Shown here one piece after another: positions 1 to 13,369 of a stretch of 64,000 nt of DNA. The translations under genes and the position numbers were made by a program. The notes beneath the pieces are model-generated. The model was not told the DNA's origin. It worked only from the letters and a program-made list of their open reading frames with translations, and made no database searches. This stretch comes from Lama guanicoe (taxonomy: Eukaryota). Location: the NCBI GenBank assembly GCA_013239625.1, contig MU053487.1, positions 887,058 through 951,057 on the forward strand, in the 5' to 3' direction. Position 1 is the first letter of the stretch; every line of letters begins with the position of its first letter.

Positions 1-2161
1 GATCTTTACTGGTAACTGTGGAGATTCAGCCATCCCCCTTCTCGTAATTCCTGAATCAGGTGATAGGTACAGGTACAGATAGATACCTGAATCAGGTACA
101 GGGAGGAATTCAGTGCTGTTTTCCTTATCTTGTGATACAGTTGTAATGGATTTCAATATAAGCAGTTCAAAAAGGACAGGAAAAAAAATCTTTTTAATGG
201 CAGTTTGGTTCTAAGCCAAACATGTTAGCCCATCCCTGGTGGAGACTGACGTGGAGCACTGCTGGCCTACCTTATCCAGGAGATGGCCCAGCTTCACTGA
301 CCTTCTCTTGCCCACTTAGGAGCTTACTAAGAGACTGATTCCTGGGCCCTGTCCAGGAACTTCTGAGTCATTGTATCCAGGGAAGGGGCTAAATTTCTGA
401 CTTTTTAGTAAGAACTCCTCTGATGTGGTTCTTGGCTAAAAATCTTAGGCAGGTCCATGTGGCCTACATGTTCCATATTGGATCTCTCCATTCCTCTGGC
501 AGGAGCGCTTCCTCTTGTAGAACCATTCTCCTTGTCCTGCGGAGTAAAGAAGACTGATAATTGGTCCGATGCTCTTAGGTCATCCAGTCAGATGTTATTT
601 TTCCCAGAGTGAGGTGAGAATAGGAAACCTCTTTTGAAGCCCGTTGATGCAGCAGTGGTACTCTGACCAGCCGGTATTGACTTATGCTGCCTAAATCCTC
701 AGAGTTGCTCTGGTTCCAGCCTTTGTCCCAGGTTAGTCCTTTAGCCATTTCTTATATCCTGTGAACCTTCACAGTCTTCAAAGACATTTATTTTTTGGCC
801 CAAGTCAGCCAGAATTGTTCTGTTGGTGTAACCAAAGAAGCAGGGAAGGAGATGAAATCTTGACTTGCAGTTGGTATTCTGGCTTTGGGTGGATGTCATG
901 TTTAGGAAGGAAATGAGGGTCTTTCTTCTTCATAGTCCATGAAGGGAAAGCCGACCCTGTTGCCCACCTCCACCCCAAAGGGAATAATGTGTTTCTTCTC
1001 TCTCCTTCAGTTCATGCAACTATGCTGAGAATATTTTTCCTATGTATCCGTTTCTCCTTCTGGGCTCTCAGGACAAGAACTATGTCTTATTTTTGTTTGT
1101 GGTTCCAGGGACTAATAAGGGGCTTAGAATATCGAAGGGTATATGTGTGGCTGTGAGGTAGGATTATATTTTGAACCTGAACAGTGACACAGGAGCTGGG
1201 CCTTGTTTGGGACCCAGCCTTCACTGTGAACCCCACCTGTGTGTTTAGAATCAGTTTCCCTTTCCCTTTGACCAGTCCTGGACTTCCTAAGAAGACGTAT
1301 CTAGGTTTAACTGCCTCCGATTGGGCCATTATCGTTGGTTTCTGAAGTCCAGAGGTCTTTCACTTGCTTAGGAATTTGTATGCTTCTTGGGATCATATCC
1401 GGGATCACATTTTATTTTCTGCCCTTCCTGAGTTGATTCTGTGCTAATGTCATGATAGGCAAAAGAAACATGTTTATCTCTAACCTCTCTCGGACCTCAA
1501 AATAAAAGTTTCCAGTTAGCATTCTTTCCTTGTCAGCCCAACTCCATGATTCAAGAGCTTCACTGGCTTTGGAAAGTTTTAGAATGGAAACCGAGTGCTA
1601 ACAGTGACCCAGGGGCAAGACGTCATGAATGGGGGCCAGACAGAAAAACAGGCAAAGCAGACGGAGCCAGTGAAAGCAGTAGGGGGAGGCCACTGCTTCT
1701 GGAGAGGCAAGGGAGGACAAAATAGCCCGCTGAGATAATCTGCTCTCCTGCAACTGGAGTCAACGGCCGGTTCCAAAGAGGCGATGTGGTCTGAGAATCA
1801 GGAAATTCCATGGGGCTCGTCTTTGTTCCTGCTTTGTGAAATGCCACTGAATAAATCAAGAAATCTCACTTTGTAACTCCTTCCTCTGTAAACTCACTTC
1901 ATGGCCTAGACGTGCTCTGAAATACTACATTTAAAGCAGCCGTGTAGGATATCATAGGTCAGCTTAGTAGTGTGGAGAGATGGAATGTGACTGGCTAGAT
2001 GTCAGGAGATGGATTTTGTCTCCTGTCTACCTGTCTGGTTTATGTCATGACACATTACAGCTCACTCTTCTACTTCAACTTACAGTTGCTCTGTGTTGTA
2101 TGGGGCCTCTCACATCCATGCCTTTGCACCATTGCTCCCTCTGCTAGAACATTCCTCCTCC

Positions 2162-2598
2162 TTGACTTAGTTTGGGTTTTCTAAAGCAGAAAGGGAGACA
2201 AGGGAGACAGGGATTCTTATGATTTCTTAAGGGAGTGGTCTCAGGAGAAGGGAAGGGAAGAGGGAAGGGTTGGGTAGGGCCAAGAGCTAAGCAAGAATGT
2301 GATCTCAGCTGATCCTACAGGAAGCTCTGAGTGTGAATTGCATCACAGAGATTGTCCCAATTTCAGGCAGGGCTCCTGGACCCCCACATCAGTCGGTCAT
2401 TGTGGAGGGGATATCCCTGTAGATGGGGCATGTAACCTCCCAGGTGAGGTGCCTCCCATTGGCCAGGACCAATGGTCCCGAGAAGGGGACAGGTATGAAC
2501 CATAGCAGTCAACATGCATAGCAGCTGGATTACAGGAACGAGCACTGTCCTGGTAAAGGAGATCTTGGTGGAGCATCAGCAGTGTGCCCTCTACCCAC
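2162..2598 (-). mobile_element. LTR16-like ERVL LTR
   Basis: Starts ttagtttgggttttctaaagcaga..gagacagggatt, the antisense form of the LTR16 3' end. Degenerate body. Confidence 0.65.
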
Positions 2599-3989
2599 AT
2601 TCTTCACCTTGTTAAGTTCATTTACTGATTTTTCAAGGCTTGGCCTCATCATACATTCTTTGACCACTTCTTTCCTTTCTAGCAGGTTAGATGTCCCTCA
2701 TCTGTGTTCAGTAGCCTCCTGGGCTTACTAATTTCCATCTCATCTCACTATATATTAATGAGCCTCCTCTATTTATCGGAGGCTCATTAATATATTTATC
2801 ATCTCCTTGGTGATATGGAATTACCTTCCCTATCTCCATCTACTGTGCTTGCCACAGTATGTATAACAGAATGATGTTCCATAAAATTGTGTTGAGAAGA
2901 TGAATGAAATCTTGGATTCTCCATTAGTTTACTGTATGATCAAGGTTACAACTTTTGTGAGTCTAAATTCCCACTTTCATGGGAATAATACCTGTGCACT
3001 GGTCTTGTAGTGTTGTTAAGAAAGCCAGGCCACCCAGCATTGTCTTAGCCGGTGAGGCATGGTACGAAAACCAGATCTTGTTTTATCTGGCTCACCCTAG
3101 TGCAGGAGTCCGCTTGACATAGGAAAACCATGAAAACCATGTCCCTCCTGCCCTTTCCCTCTGTTAGGCTATCTGGCTGAAATCTCTCAGTTACTTCTCC
3201 TTTCGAGACTTAAATTTGCCTCCTAGAGCTGCTCAGGACATCTGCTCTGCGTTTCACATGATAGTCCTTACAGATCGATTATTTCAGAGAGTGTTGCTGG
3301 CTCATCTGCTGTTCTCACTTCTTGCTGGCAGTTGCAGCCAAACTTTTGAAGTTCGAGTCCTGCTTGTCTCCTTCCTTCCTTGGTTGTCTTTGGTTCCCGC
3401 TGTTACCCAGATGAGATGGGGAGACTCGGACAATCAGTTTTGCCAAGTACCCAGGAGACTTGTTCTGAGGAAGGTCTTCTGAAGATATTCATGGAATTTT
3501 GTTTCTGTTTTTCTAATCCTGCCAACTCAAAGGAGGACATTTCTGCTTAAAAAGATCCCACATTCCCCTATTCTTCCTCAAGAAAATCTTAATGATAAAT
3601 GACATCATATCCATAATCAATTTTTGGTTTTTCTGGATGATGTATGATTGTATTAGGGTAAAATGGAAACAGTAGTGCACCAGGGGCTGAAATACTTGAG
3701 CCCTATTTCTACTGGCCATTAATGAGCTGTATGACCTTAGGCAACTTTATCTCTTTGTTCTGGAGGTGCTGCTGCAGTTCTCAATAGGTGAGAGGAGTGA
3801 AGACAGAGTGGACAGAATAAACAAATACTAAAGGCCTCAGATGAACAGGATTCAGTGATGTTTTTTGATGAGGGGTGGTGAGGCTGAGAGAACAATCAAG
3901 GACAACTCTCAGGAATGCTAGCACGTCAGATAAGGAGCAAAAAGAAAAAAAAAGAAAGAAAAAGAAAAAAGAAAGGAAGAAAGAAAAAA

Positions 3990-4420
3990 TGGAGGAGCAG
4001 CTGGGGAGGTGGGTCAGCAGCCAGGAGGTTGTGGAGTCCTGAGAGCCCAGGTGATTCTGGAGGAGGGTAGTGTTCTCCACCACTGCTGAGTTTTCAGGTA
4101 AGATGAGGATTAAACATTGTCCTTAGATTTTAGGTCACCTGATTATCATAGAGGCTTTTTATAAGCCTGTGATGGGGGTGGGAGATGGAGCGGAGTGAAC
4201 TGAGGAGTAAGTGGGAGGGGAGCATATGGAGAATGCAAGGATAGATAACTTTCTGGAAAACTTAGGGTGTGAGGACGAGGAGAGAGGGCTATAGCTGTAG
4301 GAAATGTGGAGTGGAAGGAAGATATTTTTAAGGCAGGGGAGACTTGAGCCTTTTTAAGTGATTGAAAGGAAAGGATTGACTATGTAGCAGAGAGACAGAC
4401 TAATTGATACCCTGAAAAGA
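3990..4420 (-). mobile_element. L2 fragment
   Basis: Purine-rich L2-antisense text: aggtaagatgaggattaaacattgtccttagattt, gagtgaactgaggagtaagtggg, tagataactttct. Confidence 0.6.
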
Positions 4421-6200
4421 CCAGGGAAGAGATCCAGAATGCAGTAGGAGGGACTGACCTTGGCAGAGAAGGACACTACCTGGAATGTCACATCACGGAG
4501 ATGTGTGTTGCTGTGGAAACCACACTTGAATTCATTGGGCTGGCTGTTACTTCTCCTTCCCTCACCCTGACCACAATATCTGCCAGATACCTTTTCTCTA
4601 AACTTCATTTCTCGGCAGCCCAAACTCCACATGTGTGTTGGATGTGGGAAGGAGAATGTCCCAGGACCTCACAGTCACCTCCTTGGTCACTAGGACTAAC
4701 TTCTTTCCTACCTCTGTTCACTCAGTATCTGATCAAGCATGGTAGTCATGCCCAAGACCCTTTGCACACTCGCCCCACCTAAGCATTCATTTTCACCTGA
4801 CTTCCCAAGTTCACATCCTGCTGACCCACAGTCAAGTCCCTCTCTCCCTTCCCTCTGAAGAATAGGACCAGCTGCAGTTGCAGGGCTGTAGAATGGTCTC
4901 ATTTCCCCTGGTCTGCCTTACACTCACGCCTGTGTCTCGGTCCAGAATGAGTCAGCATTCTTTAATGCTCTTGATCAAATCCATTTTTCTTACAAATGAA
5001 GATAACTGTCCCCATTTGCCTAGTTTAAAGAGGAGCCTGAGTCCACCAGCCTCACCTGTGTGTGAAAAGTCACTTCAGTGTCAGTCTAACTTCAAGGTGT
5101 GTGACTAAATTGTAGATGTGCTAATAAAATGCTGACCCTATAAAAAAATCCAAGTGTCACGTTTTGAAAACCCAAGAAGCAATGACTAGAAACACCAGTT
5201 AACTAAGAGCTTTAATATGCTCCTATGTGTTTGTGCATAACTAGCTTTCTAAAGGCCTGAAGACAGAACCACAGACTGTTTTAAAGCAGCAAGAAATTGC
5301 AAGTCAATAAACATCCTATTCCCATGCCACCCTGGTCTCATCCAGCCCAGTGATGATGAAACGCACACTGACAGGAGCAATAAGAAAAATAGTAACATTA
5401 TTGCAGGATCAATGTCTATTGCTGGCTTCATAAATAAAGGACTTGGCTTCCCATTGATGTTTAATTTTTGTAAATGCGTCTGGAAATTTAAGTAGCGGTA
5501 GGAAAACATTATCCTGAGATAATGTTCAGTTTCTCCCAACATAAGCTCTTAAACTGCAGGCGTGTGCAGTTTTCAGTCTGGGACAAGTTCTGGAGAACAA
5601 ATCTCTTTGGAACAAAGGGTGGTAGATTCATTTTAAATAGGCTGGCTTTGGTGTTCCAAGTCTCGGGGGCAGGAGAGTAGAAGATGGTTGGAACAACAGA
5701 GGCAGAGAAAGCCTGGCAGCTTGCTTTTTCCATGGCTTGTCTATCCATCAACACCATGGGAGACTCTCTCCTCTACCCGTGTCCCACAGCTGATGCAGCA
5801 GCAGGTGCCAGATTTCTAAGTGCTAGGGGACAAGTGTGAAGCCTTGGAAGGGTTCACCTGTCTCTGTAGGACATTACGATGCCCTAGCATCTTGTCCACC
5901 CCTTGCTGGACCTCAACCACTCTGGCATTGATGCCAGTCCCTGGGGCTATATAATTGACACCTGGCTTGAATAACAAATGAACGCCTGCCAGCTCTACCC
6001 TAGGAAAATCATCAGAATACATTGAAGGTGATGAATCATAGATATTGAAGCTGAAAGAGAGCTTCCTCAAGAGATCTTTTAATCTAGAATTCCTCCGCCT
6101 TCAGGCAGGTAAGGCATGAATGCCCCCATTCCTCAGAAGAAACTGAATATCCAGCTGATTAGAATAGGGGTCAGGTCAGTGCCTGTCTTCTACTGTAGGG

Positions 6201-6391
6201 CAGTGTTTCTCAGACTTGAGCTTGTGCAGAATCACCTGGGGCTGGTTAAAGCACATGTCGCTGGACCCACTCCCAGAGTTTCTGATTCTGTGTATCTGGG
6301 GTGGGGCCCAGGAATCTGCATTTCTAACAAATTCCTATGTCCTGCTGATGCTGTTGCTCTTGGTCCAGAGGTCATGCTTTGAGAATCACTA
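6201..6391. mobile_element. MER5A (hAT-Charlie MITE)
   Basis: TIRs CAGTGTTTCTCAGA and TTTGAGAATCACTA. Internal cagaatcacctggg..cccagagtttctgattc..ggggtggggcccaggaatctgcatttctaacaa. Confidence 0.9.
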
Positions 6392-7035
6392 GACTAGAGT
6401 TCTCATTAATTTCAAGACACAGAAGCTGGGCTGTCTTAAGCTAATGAGTGAATCTTTCTGTAACCTATTGGATGAAATAGGGGCAGAAAATGCCCTTGTC
6501 CCCAAAGGAAGCTTATTTCTTTACACAAGATTCTGCAGAGTCTTTGCATGAGTAAGAGTAAGCTGTTTTCCTCAGCGTGACTTCAGGGCCTGTTCTGGCC
6601 ACTCCAAAGTCACATGGGCTTAGAGAGGCACAAGGATTCCTTTGGTACGCCAGCCTCTGACCTGGAATCTTCTAACTTGAGAGGAGAGGAACTGTCACGT
6701 TCCTGGGGATCTGAAATAGAAAGGCAAATTTATGAAGGCCTTTCTGCATCAGGACAGCTGGATTTGGTGTGGTGATCACTCTGTGCTGTGCAGACCTGAC
6801 AGTGATGAATGATGCTCGATTCCACTGAAATTCCATCAAAACTGCAGGGTGGAGACCCCAGTCACTGAGCCCAGTGCCCTCCAGCCCTTCCTGTCAAGGT
6901 TTGAAAACCTGACAGGGGCAAGGAGGTGAGGCAGAGACATCAGGTGGGTGTGGCGGGTTCACTAGTTAGCAGGGGAGGCAGTGGTGAGGGTGAGCGGATC
7001 AGTGTGAGAGGAGGGAAGGTGGAGAGCACCGAGGG

Positions 7036-7548
7036 TGTTGCAGGAAAATGGGGCATGAGAGGATGGTCATGTCCCAGGTCTCAGACGAGTCCTGAGAAGT
7101 GAGCGTCCTTCGCTTCACAAATGAAAGAATTCAAGAGAGAGCCATAGTAAAGTGAAAGTGAGTTTACTTATAAAGATACACAATGCATAGACAGGATGCA
7201 GCCATCTCAGAAGGAAAGAGAGGCGCTGGGGTGCAGGGTTGTTTTTTTATGGGCTGGGTAATTTCATATCGAATAAGTGGGAGGATTATTCCAACTATTT
7301 TGGGGAAGAAGCGGGGATTTCCAGAAATTGAATCATCACCCAGTTTTTGGCCTTTTATGGTCAGCCTGTGTATGTGTCGTTTAGCAGCTAATGTATTACA
7401 ATGAGCATATAATGAGGCTTAAGGTCTACTGGAAGTTGAATCTTCCACCATCTTGGAATTAATATGATTCTAACCAGTTTTTGTTATATCCTCAATTGCT
7501 GTGTCATTCTTTTAATTGTTGTGCCTTGCCCCCTTCCTTCCTGTCTCA
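7036..7548 (-). mobile_element. ERV1-class solo LTR
   Basis: TGTTGCAGG...CTGTCTCA termini, 513 bp. Imperfect 4-bp flank repeat AGGG/AGAG. Internal text resembles antisense ERV1 LTRs. Confidence 0.75.
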
Positions 7549-7853
7549 AGAGGATTTTCTTCAGTAAGATTCTGGACCCTTCCCTGAACTTTTTTCTTCC
7601 TGGAAGGAAGAATTTCATGGGAAAGTCCACTGGCCTGGGTATATAGTCCCAACTCCACTTGAATCAAGGCAGTGAGAACAATTATGCTCTTTGCAGGGTT
7701 ACGTGTTCTAAATATTCTGCTTGAATTTTATCTCATATAAAGCAAAGAAGACAAAAACGCTGGAATTTTCAAGTCCTGGTCCTGCTTCTCTCTGTCAGTT
7801 TCCAGTCTGCTGCTTTTCTGAACACTTCCCCCTCTTTGTTTAAGTTGCTTCTG

Positions 7854-7884
<31 letters not shown>

Positions 7885-8089
7885 GTCTGTCTTTTTTTTT
7901 TTTTTTGTATTCTTTCTTCCTGGTTCCTCTTCTTTGTTCAGATTTCTGCTCCTCCATCCACCTTTCTTTCCAGTCTTGGACTTTTAAGAGGAGACTGTGC
8001 AGGTGGTTATGAAACACAAGGTCCAGTTCTGAGGGCCACTCCTCCCCCATACAATTTGCATTTCCAGCAAAATGAGCCCACCTTCACTT

Positions 8090-9660
8090 CCATTTTACTT
8101 GATGTAAATTTTACTGAAGTGCAACATGCATACAGAAAAACACACAAATTGTACATTTTTGGTTGATGGATTTTCACAGAAAGAAGACTTGGTGTGACCA
8201 GCACTCAGATCAAGAGACAAAACATGGCCAGTATGCCAAACCCCTAGTGCCTCCCTTCAGTAATTCCTCGCCATTAATAATATCACTCTCCTGACTTCTA
8301 ATGGATGAATTTTGACTATTTTAAAACTTTATATTAATGGAATCATTCAGTATGTACTATTTGATATCTGGCTACTTTTCTTAGCTTTGTGTTTGTGAAA
8401 TTCTTTGATTTTGTTGTGTGTACTTGCAGTATCATTCCCCGTTCTGTGCTGCTGTGTAGTGAACATACCACATTTTATTCATTCTGGTACCTGAAAAACT
8501 GAGTTCACCTCTTGGTGGATGTTGAGCAAGAAGATACAACCAAACCAAAGATCAGGAGAAGGAAGGATTTATCACTTGCTGCAAGTAAGGAGATACTGGT
8601 GATCTTTTCCAAAGGAATGTCTTTCCAAATAGCAAAATGAGGCAAGTTTTAAGCTAGGTGTACATGCATATTCATGAAGAGGCTTGAGCAGAGGAGAATT
8701 CTGCATAGAACTGGGGCAAATGCTGACAGAGTTCAAGCTTTAGTTGATTGAAGTCACGAGGGTCAAAAAGGGTCAACATTCCGTCCTCCATCTGGGTGGG
8801 GGGAGTAGTCTCAGTTCCTGCAGAACTCACAGGTGTGTGTCAGATTATTATGTACACCCCTTAAGGAGGAACTAGGACTCTGTTTCATGGCTGAACTATT
8901 GTTTCTTGACTGCTTTTCCTTTTTTTCCTGTGTTCCCTATTTCCCTTAATGTCATTAAATTACTGCGATCTGTGCAAGGGCAAGCATCATGGTGAGGCTT
9001 AGATCACTTAAATGGCTTAGGCTAAAAATGGCTTTTCTTATTTCAAGAAAGCTATGCCTGGTTCTCCTTCTCCAGCGACCCCCATCCTATCTTTTTACAA
9101 TTCTACTGTTGACATACATTTGGGTTTTTCCGATTTGAAGCTATTGTGAATTTTGTAGCAATTAACATTCTTTTACATGTTTTTCTCTGAACACATATTC
9201 TTTTTCTGTTGGATTTATATGTGAGTGGAGTTGCTGTTTATAGATTGGCATTTATTCAGCTTTAGTAGATAGCACTAAATGTTTATCTAAAGTTGCTTTA
9301 CCAATTTATACTCCTACCAGAAGTCTAAGAGCTGTAATTGCTCCATAGTCCTGCCAACATCTGGTATTTTTAATTTTAGTCATTCTGGTAAGTGTGTGAT
9401 CATAAGGGATTGTGAACTTAATTTACATTTCTTCAGTAGCCAGTAAAGCTGGGCATCTTTTAATACATTTACTGGCCATTTGAATACCTTTTTTGGTGAA
9501 GTACCTATTAATTATTTTGTAAAATAAATTGTAAAAATTAGATTATCTGCCTTTTCTTATTGCTTTGTAGGAGTTCTTTATAAATGTGGATATGAGTTTC
9601 TTGATGGGTATTCTGGAGCAAATGTCTTTTCCCAGGTGGTATTTGCCTTGCAACTCTTTT
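8090..9660 (-). mobile_element. Old L1 (L1MC/L1ME-like) 3' fragment, split by the LTR at 8485-9099
   Basis: Degenerate antisense L1 motifs, e.g. atggaatcattcagtatgtac, ccaatttatactcctaccag, tttactggccatttgaatacc. Confidence 0.8.
8485..9099 (-). mobile_element. ERV1-class solo LTR inserted into an older L1
   Basis: TG...CA termini. 4-bp TSD ATTC at 8481-8484 and 9100-9103. Removing it restores L1-like text ttattcattctactgttgacatacatttggg. Strand is inferred. Confidence 0.85.
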
Positions 9661-9999
9661 CATCAAATACTTCACTTTACAACTGTTAAGCTCACACTTT
9701 AAACTCCAGCTCAGTTGTCACCTATTTCGTGACTTAGTCTCCATCCCCTTTCTCCTGGAGTTGTTGCTGCCCCTTTGTCTTTCCATCCCAGCCCCATTTT
9801 TTCCTGGCTTCTGTGATGGGTCAGGGATAGTAGCACTACTGCCCAGAAGCTAAAAATCACAGAGACTTCCTCTAACTTTTAAATTTTCTTTCACTCCTTT
9901 CTGCCACATCCAAATTGTGCTTTCAGCTCTGCTATCTTTGCCTTTTTCTATTCTCCTGGAAAAATATAAGAGCTTCTAAATGGTTCGTTTACCCACCCC

Positions 10000-10553
10000 T
10001 GTCAAAGACAGATTTTACTTGATGGAATTAAGCACAGAGGAAGGCTTTATTCAAGACTGTTGTTATAGAGGTCAACTTTATTGCCATAGGCAAGAAAGAC
10101 TGAACTCAATTTTACTGAAACAAAAGACAAAGAGTTTTCGAGCATGTGGTTGAGCTAGTAAAAGAGTATTGTAGGACTTTATGGGAAGGTAGGTCATTGT
10201 GATCAGGCCAACTATGTCTGCTAATTGGCGTTTGTCAAAGTTAGGCTTCTGCCCTCCCACAGAGACTCAGAGATGACTGTCATCACTTCTCTTGATGATT
10301 GTATTTCAAAGGGATGGCTCCCCAGTCCTTGAGAAAGACTCAAGATTCTCGGACTGTAGTTGGCGAGGAGAAAATTTACATCTCAAAAGGACAAAGAAAG
10401 AATTTACAATCACAAGTGTTCTAAAGTAAGTAATAAAAAAAATAAGTAATTTAAGTAATGCCTTAAGAAAATGGAGATCAGGGGCCTATAGTCAGGAAGA
10501 AGCCTGTCTGAAGTTTCATCAAGCTGAGAGGGATGTTGAGTCTGTCTTGGTCG
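10000..10553 (-). mobile_element. ERV1 solo LTR, MER67-like
   Basis: Starts TGTCAAAGAC. Contains gactgaactcaattttactgaaacaaaag and tcaggggcctatagtcaggaagaagcctgtctgaagtttcatcaagctgag, recalled as MER67-family antisense text. TSD is eroded. Confidence 0.7.
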
Positions 10554-13369
10554 CTCTAATTCCAATTTAAATGCCATAATTTGGTTTTAATAGTCTGCCC
10601 CTCTGTTCTAAAACCTCCCATGGCTCCATACCAAATGAGCTCTGAAGTCAAACACATATGGAAGAGTCTCCATGCTCTCACCCCAGCTTCCCCTGAGTCT
10701 TACTCCTGCCACACTGAAGGTAGAGTCACTTTGAGGATGCTGAAAATGGTCACAGGAAATTGAGGTTGAGGGAGATTAATTTGTAAGTATCACAGGATGT
10801 AAGTGGCAGACCCTGGGGTGATTTGAATCATAGGCTAGGTGAGGTAGAGCAAGAGAAACAAGACCCAGTAAATTCCAAAGTCATTAGACTGCCAGCTAGA
10901 TATGTTTCTGGAAGATGGGCATTTCCTCTCCCACAGTGCTCAGACCGCACAGACTTCTCAGCTGAAGCCCAGCTGCCCTTCAAGGGCTTTCTAATAGTCG
11001 CATCATCTCAGGATAAGTTTAGCAAAATTTGGAGACTTTTCTTAATATGGAAACCGTCTGGGCTCCATCAAGGTCAAGATTGTGGGCCAATGGGACAATT
11101 GTGTCTCGTGCTCGTCCTCTGAAAGTCAAGGAGGTGAACACGATCCCCTTAATGTCTCCTGAATGACGAGGAAAATCTAAGCTTTTCTACCTTCCTGCTC
11201 TGCTGAACACACAAAACTCAGTTGAAAGGCCACAACACATTTAAGTGTCTGAAATTAAATCTGAAGTTGAAGCAGCAGCATCTTATTACTTTTAATCAGT
11301 GCAGTGGATGAAAGCCCCTTTGGAGAAATCATTTTGCCTCTACACGCAGAAGGCAGAACCGCCTCCCTAGTTCCTCTGGTTCCTGGAAAATGACCAGGAC
11401 TCTTCACCCTGCATGTCCATCAGACTTGGGCCTGCCTTAAGCTTCAGCTGTGTGCAGGGCTTGGGTCAGATTTAATGCTTAGAGCTGTGGTCTTTTGAGT
11501 CCCACTTTGCCTGACTCTCAGCTGTACTTTTCTTAATAAAGGAGCAAGAGGCTGAGGGATTAGTAACTATAGTTACCATTTGTTAAGCAATTTCTTTATC
11601 AGTTAAGGTTTTAGTAGCAAACAATCAAAACTGGTCTGATCAGAAGGGTAATTTCTTAAATGATATTGGGTTGTGCACAGAATTTCCAGCAAAGCTAAAG
11701 AACAGGATTGGAAGCTGTACAACCAGGGATGATGCTCCAAATCTCAGGGTGGAATTGAAGGTGATGGGGACATCACAGCTGCCACTCCTGGGCCTAGCAC
11801 CACAGATTGAACTGCTAATGCTGAACCCTGGAAGCTGTGTCTTAATTTTCCCTGCAACAACTGTGAAAGGTAAATATTATTATCTTCACTTTACAGATGA
11901 GGTTATGGAAGTTCAGAGATGTTAGGTAGCTTATTCCCAAAGTTAGCTAGAAATTCTCAACTGTGAGTCCGGTGAGGATGGGGATTATATTGATTTTGCT
12001 GACTATTTGTTTTAAGCTCAGACCTAGTATGGTGTCTGGTTCATGGTAGGTACTGAATAAACTTATGGAATGAATGTGTGGGGGAAGTGGTGGAGAGATG
12101 GATGGTTATTGTGTTTGCAGTTGTCCTACTTTAATGCTGCCTGTCCTCTTCTACCTTCCTTTGGGACCATAGCCCATGTTTCTGGCCAGATGGTTGGGTA
12201 AATGACTCGGGATCATAATATTATATCCTCCTGGCCATGGTGATTGGTACCAAAGTTTGAAGGATGTGAATTTGACCAGATGGCCCAGAGTCTGGACCAA
12301 TACTGATTGCAGTATGAAAGAATAAAGTCAACATGCAAAGAGGAGCAAAGACAGAATTTGTGATTTCATTTTCCTTCATATTATTAGTATTGGCTCTTTT
12401 CTAAGCAAGTACTCTAGTCAAGAAAGGCAAATTGAAAATGATGGCTTGTCTCAAAAAAGGGGTTTTATTTTGGATGCCAACTCCAATGCCCCATTAGATG
12501 TATGTTTCAAGAAATACTCCAGAGCTGGGTAAAAATGTATATCTTCTCAATTCCTCTTCTTCTCTCCTTGACAAATTCCCATGTGTCTTACCTTACCTAA
12601 ATTTGAATGCAGTCTTTTTTACCAGCAGTTCATCCATCTCCAAGCCTTTGCTCAGTGAATCTCTCTGAGATCAGTTTGTTGGGACAACTGTTGGGCAAAG
12701 ATGTGATGGTGATGATAGAGAAAAGCAGCCTTCAAGGTGGACAGTGCAGGTTCTGGTGGCCATTGTAGGTTTCAGGCTGGGCATCTGAGGGAACCCTTCT
12801 ACTGGAAACAGTCTGTTGTGTAGGATGCTTATGTGTCAGGAACAGAGCACTCCTTTCAGGTTAGCTCTAGTAGTAAGACTGTTGTGAAGTTCTCAGTGCA
12901 TGGTACAGGTCTCTTGCAGGAGCACAGCCATAGCGTGGGGCTCTGTGGATACTGGGATGTAATTTGGGAATAGAGATGTTTGCTCTATCCTGGTAGCTTT
13001 AGCCTCATGCCATCCTGGCACATCCTGTGGTACCAGGGACCCTTCATTATCAGGGCTCAGTTATCTTCCTTTTGCTTCTCCTCCAGCTCCAGCACTGACA
13101 GCATGACCTTCCCCCCTCATTACTTCTGTGAACCACTGCTGGCCTGCAGATTAGCTTCTTAGGAATGGTCTCATTCCTATTTCAGCCAGCTCTTGCAAGG
13201 GGACTGATGTCTCTTGGTTTGAGCATGGTGACTTATAAGCAAGTACTTCCTAGGGCTGTTTCCTCTGAAGGGTAGAACTAGGAGGAAAAGGAAGGCATTC
13301 TCCAGCTTGAATGGTGCCTTACAAATGATTTGTTTATGATTTTATTCCAAAAAAGCAGCTGTGTTCCTT

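Noticed and set aside
4090..6115. Strong donor-like CAG|GTAAG sites near 4097 and 6108
   Set aside because: No convincing paired acceptor or coding frame. The first lies in an L2 remnant, and such motifs are frequent by chance.
7769..8050. Lysine-rich protein ORF
   Set aside because: Artefact of poly-T tracts at 7856-7907.
7036..10553. Proviral ERV bounded by neighbouring LTRs
   Set aside because: The LTRs are from different families, at least one has its own TSD, and the intervening DNA is L1 or unique with no gag/pol.
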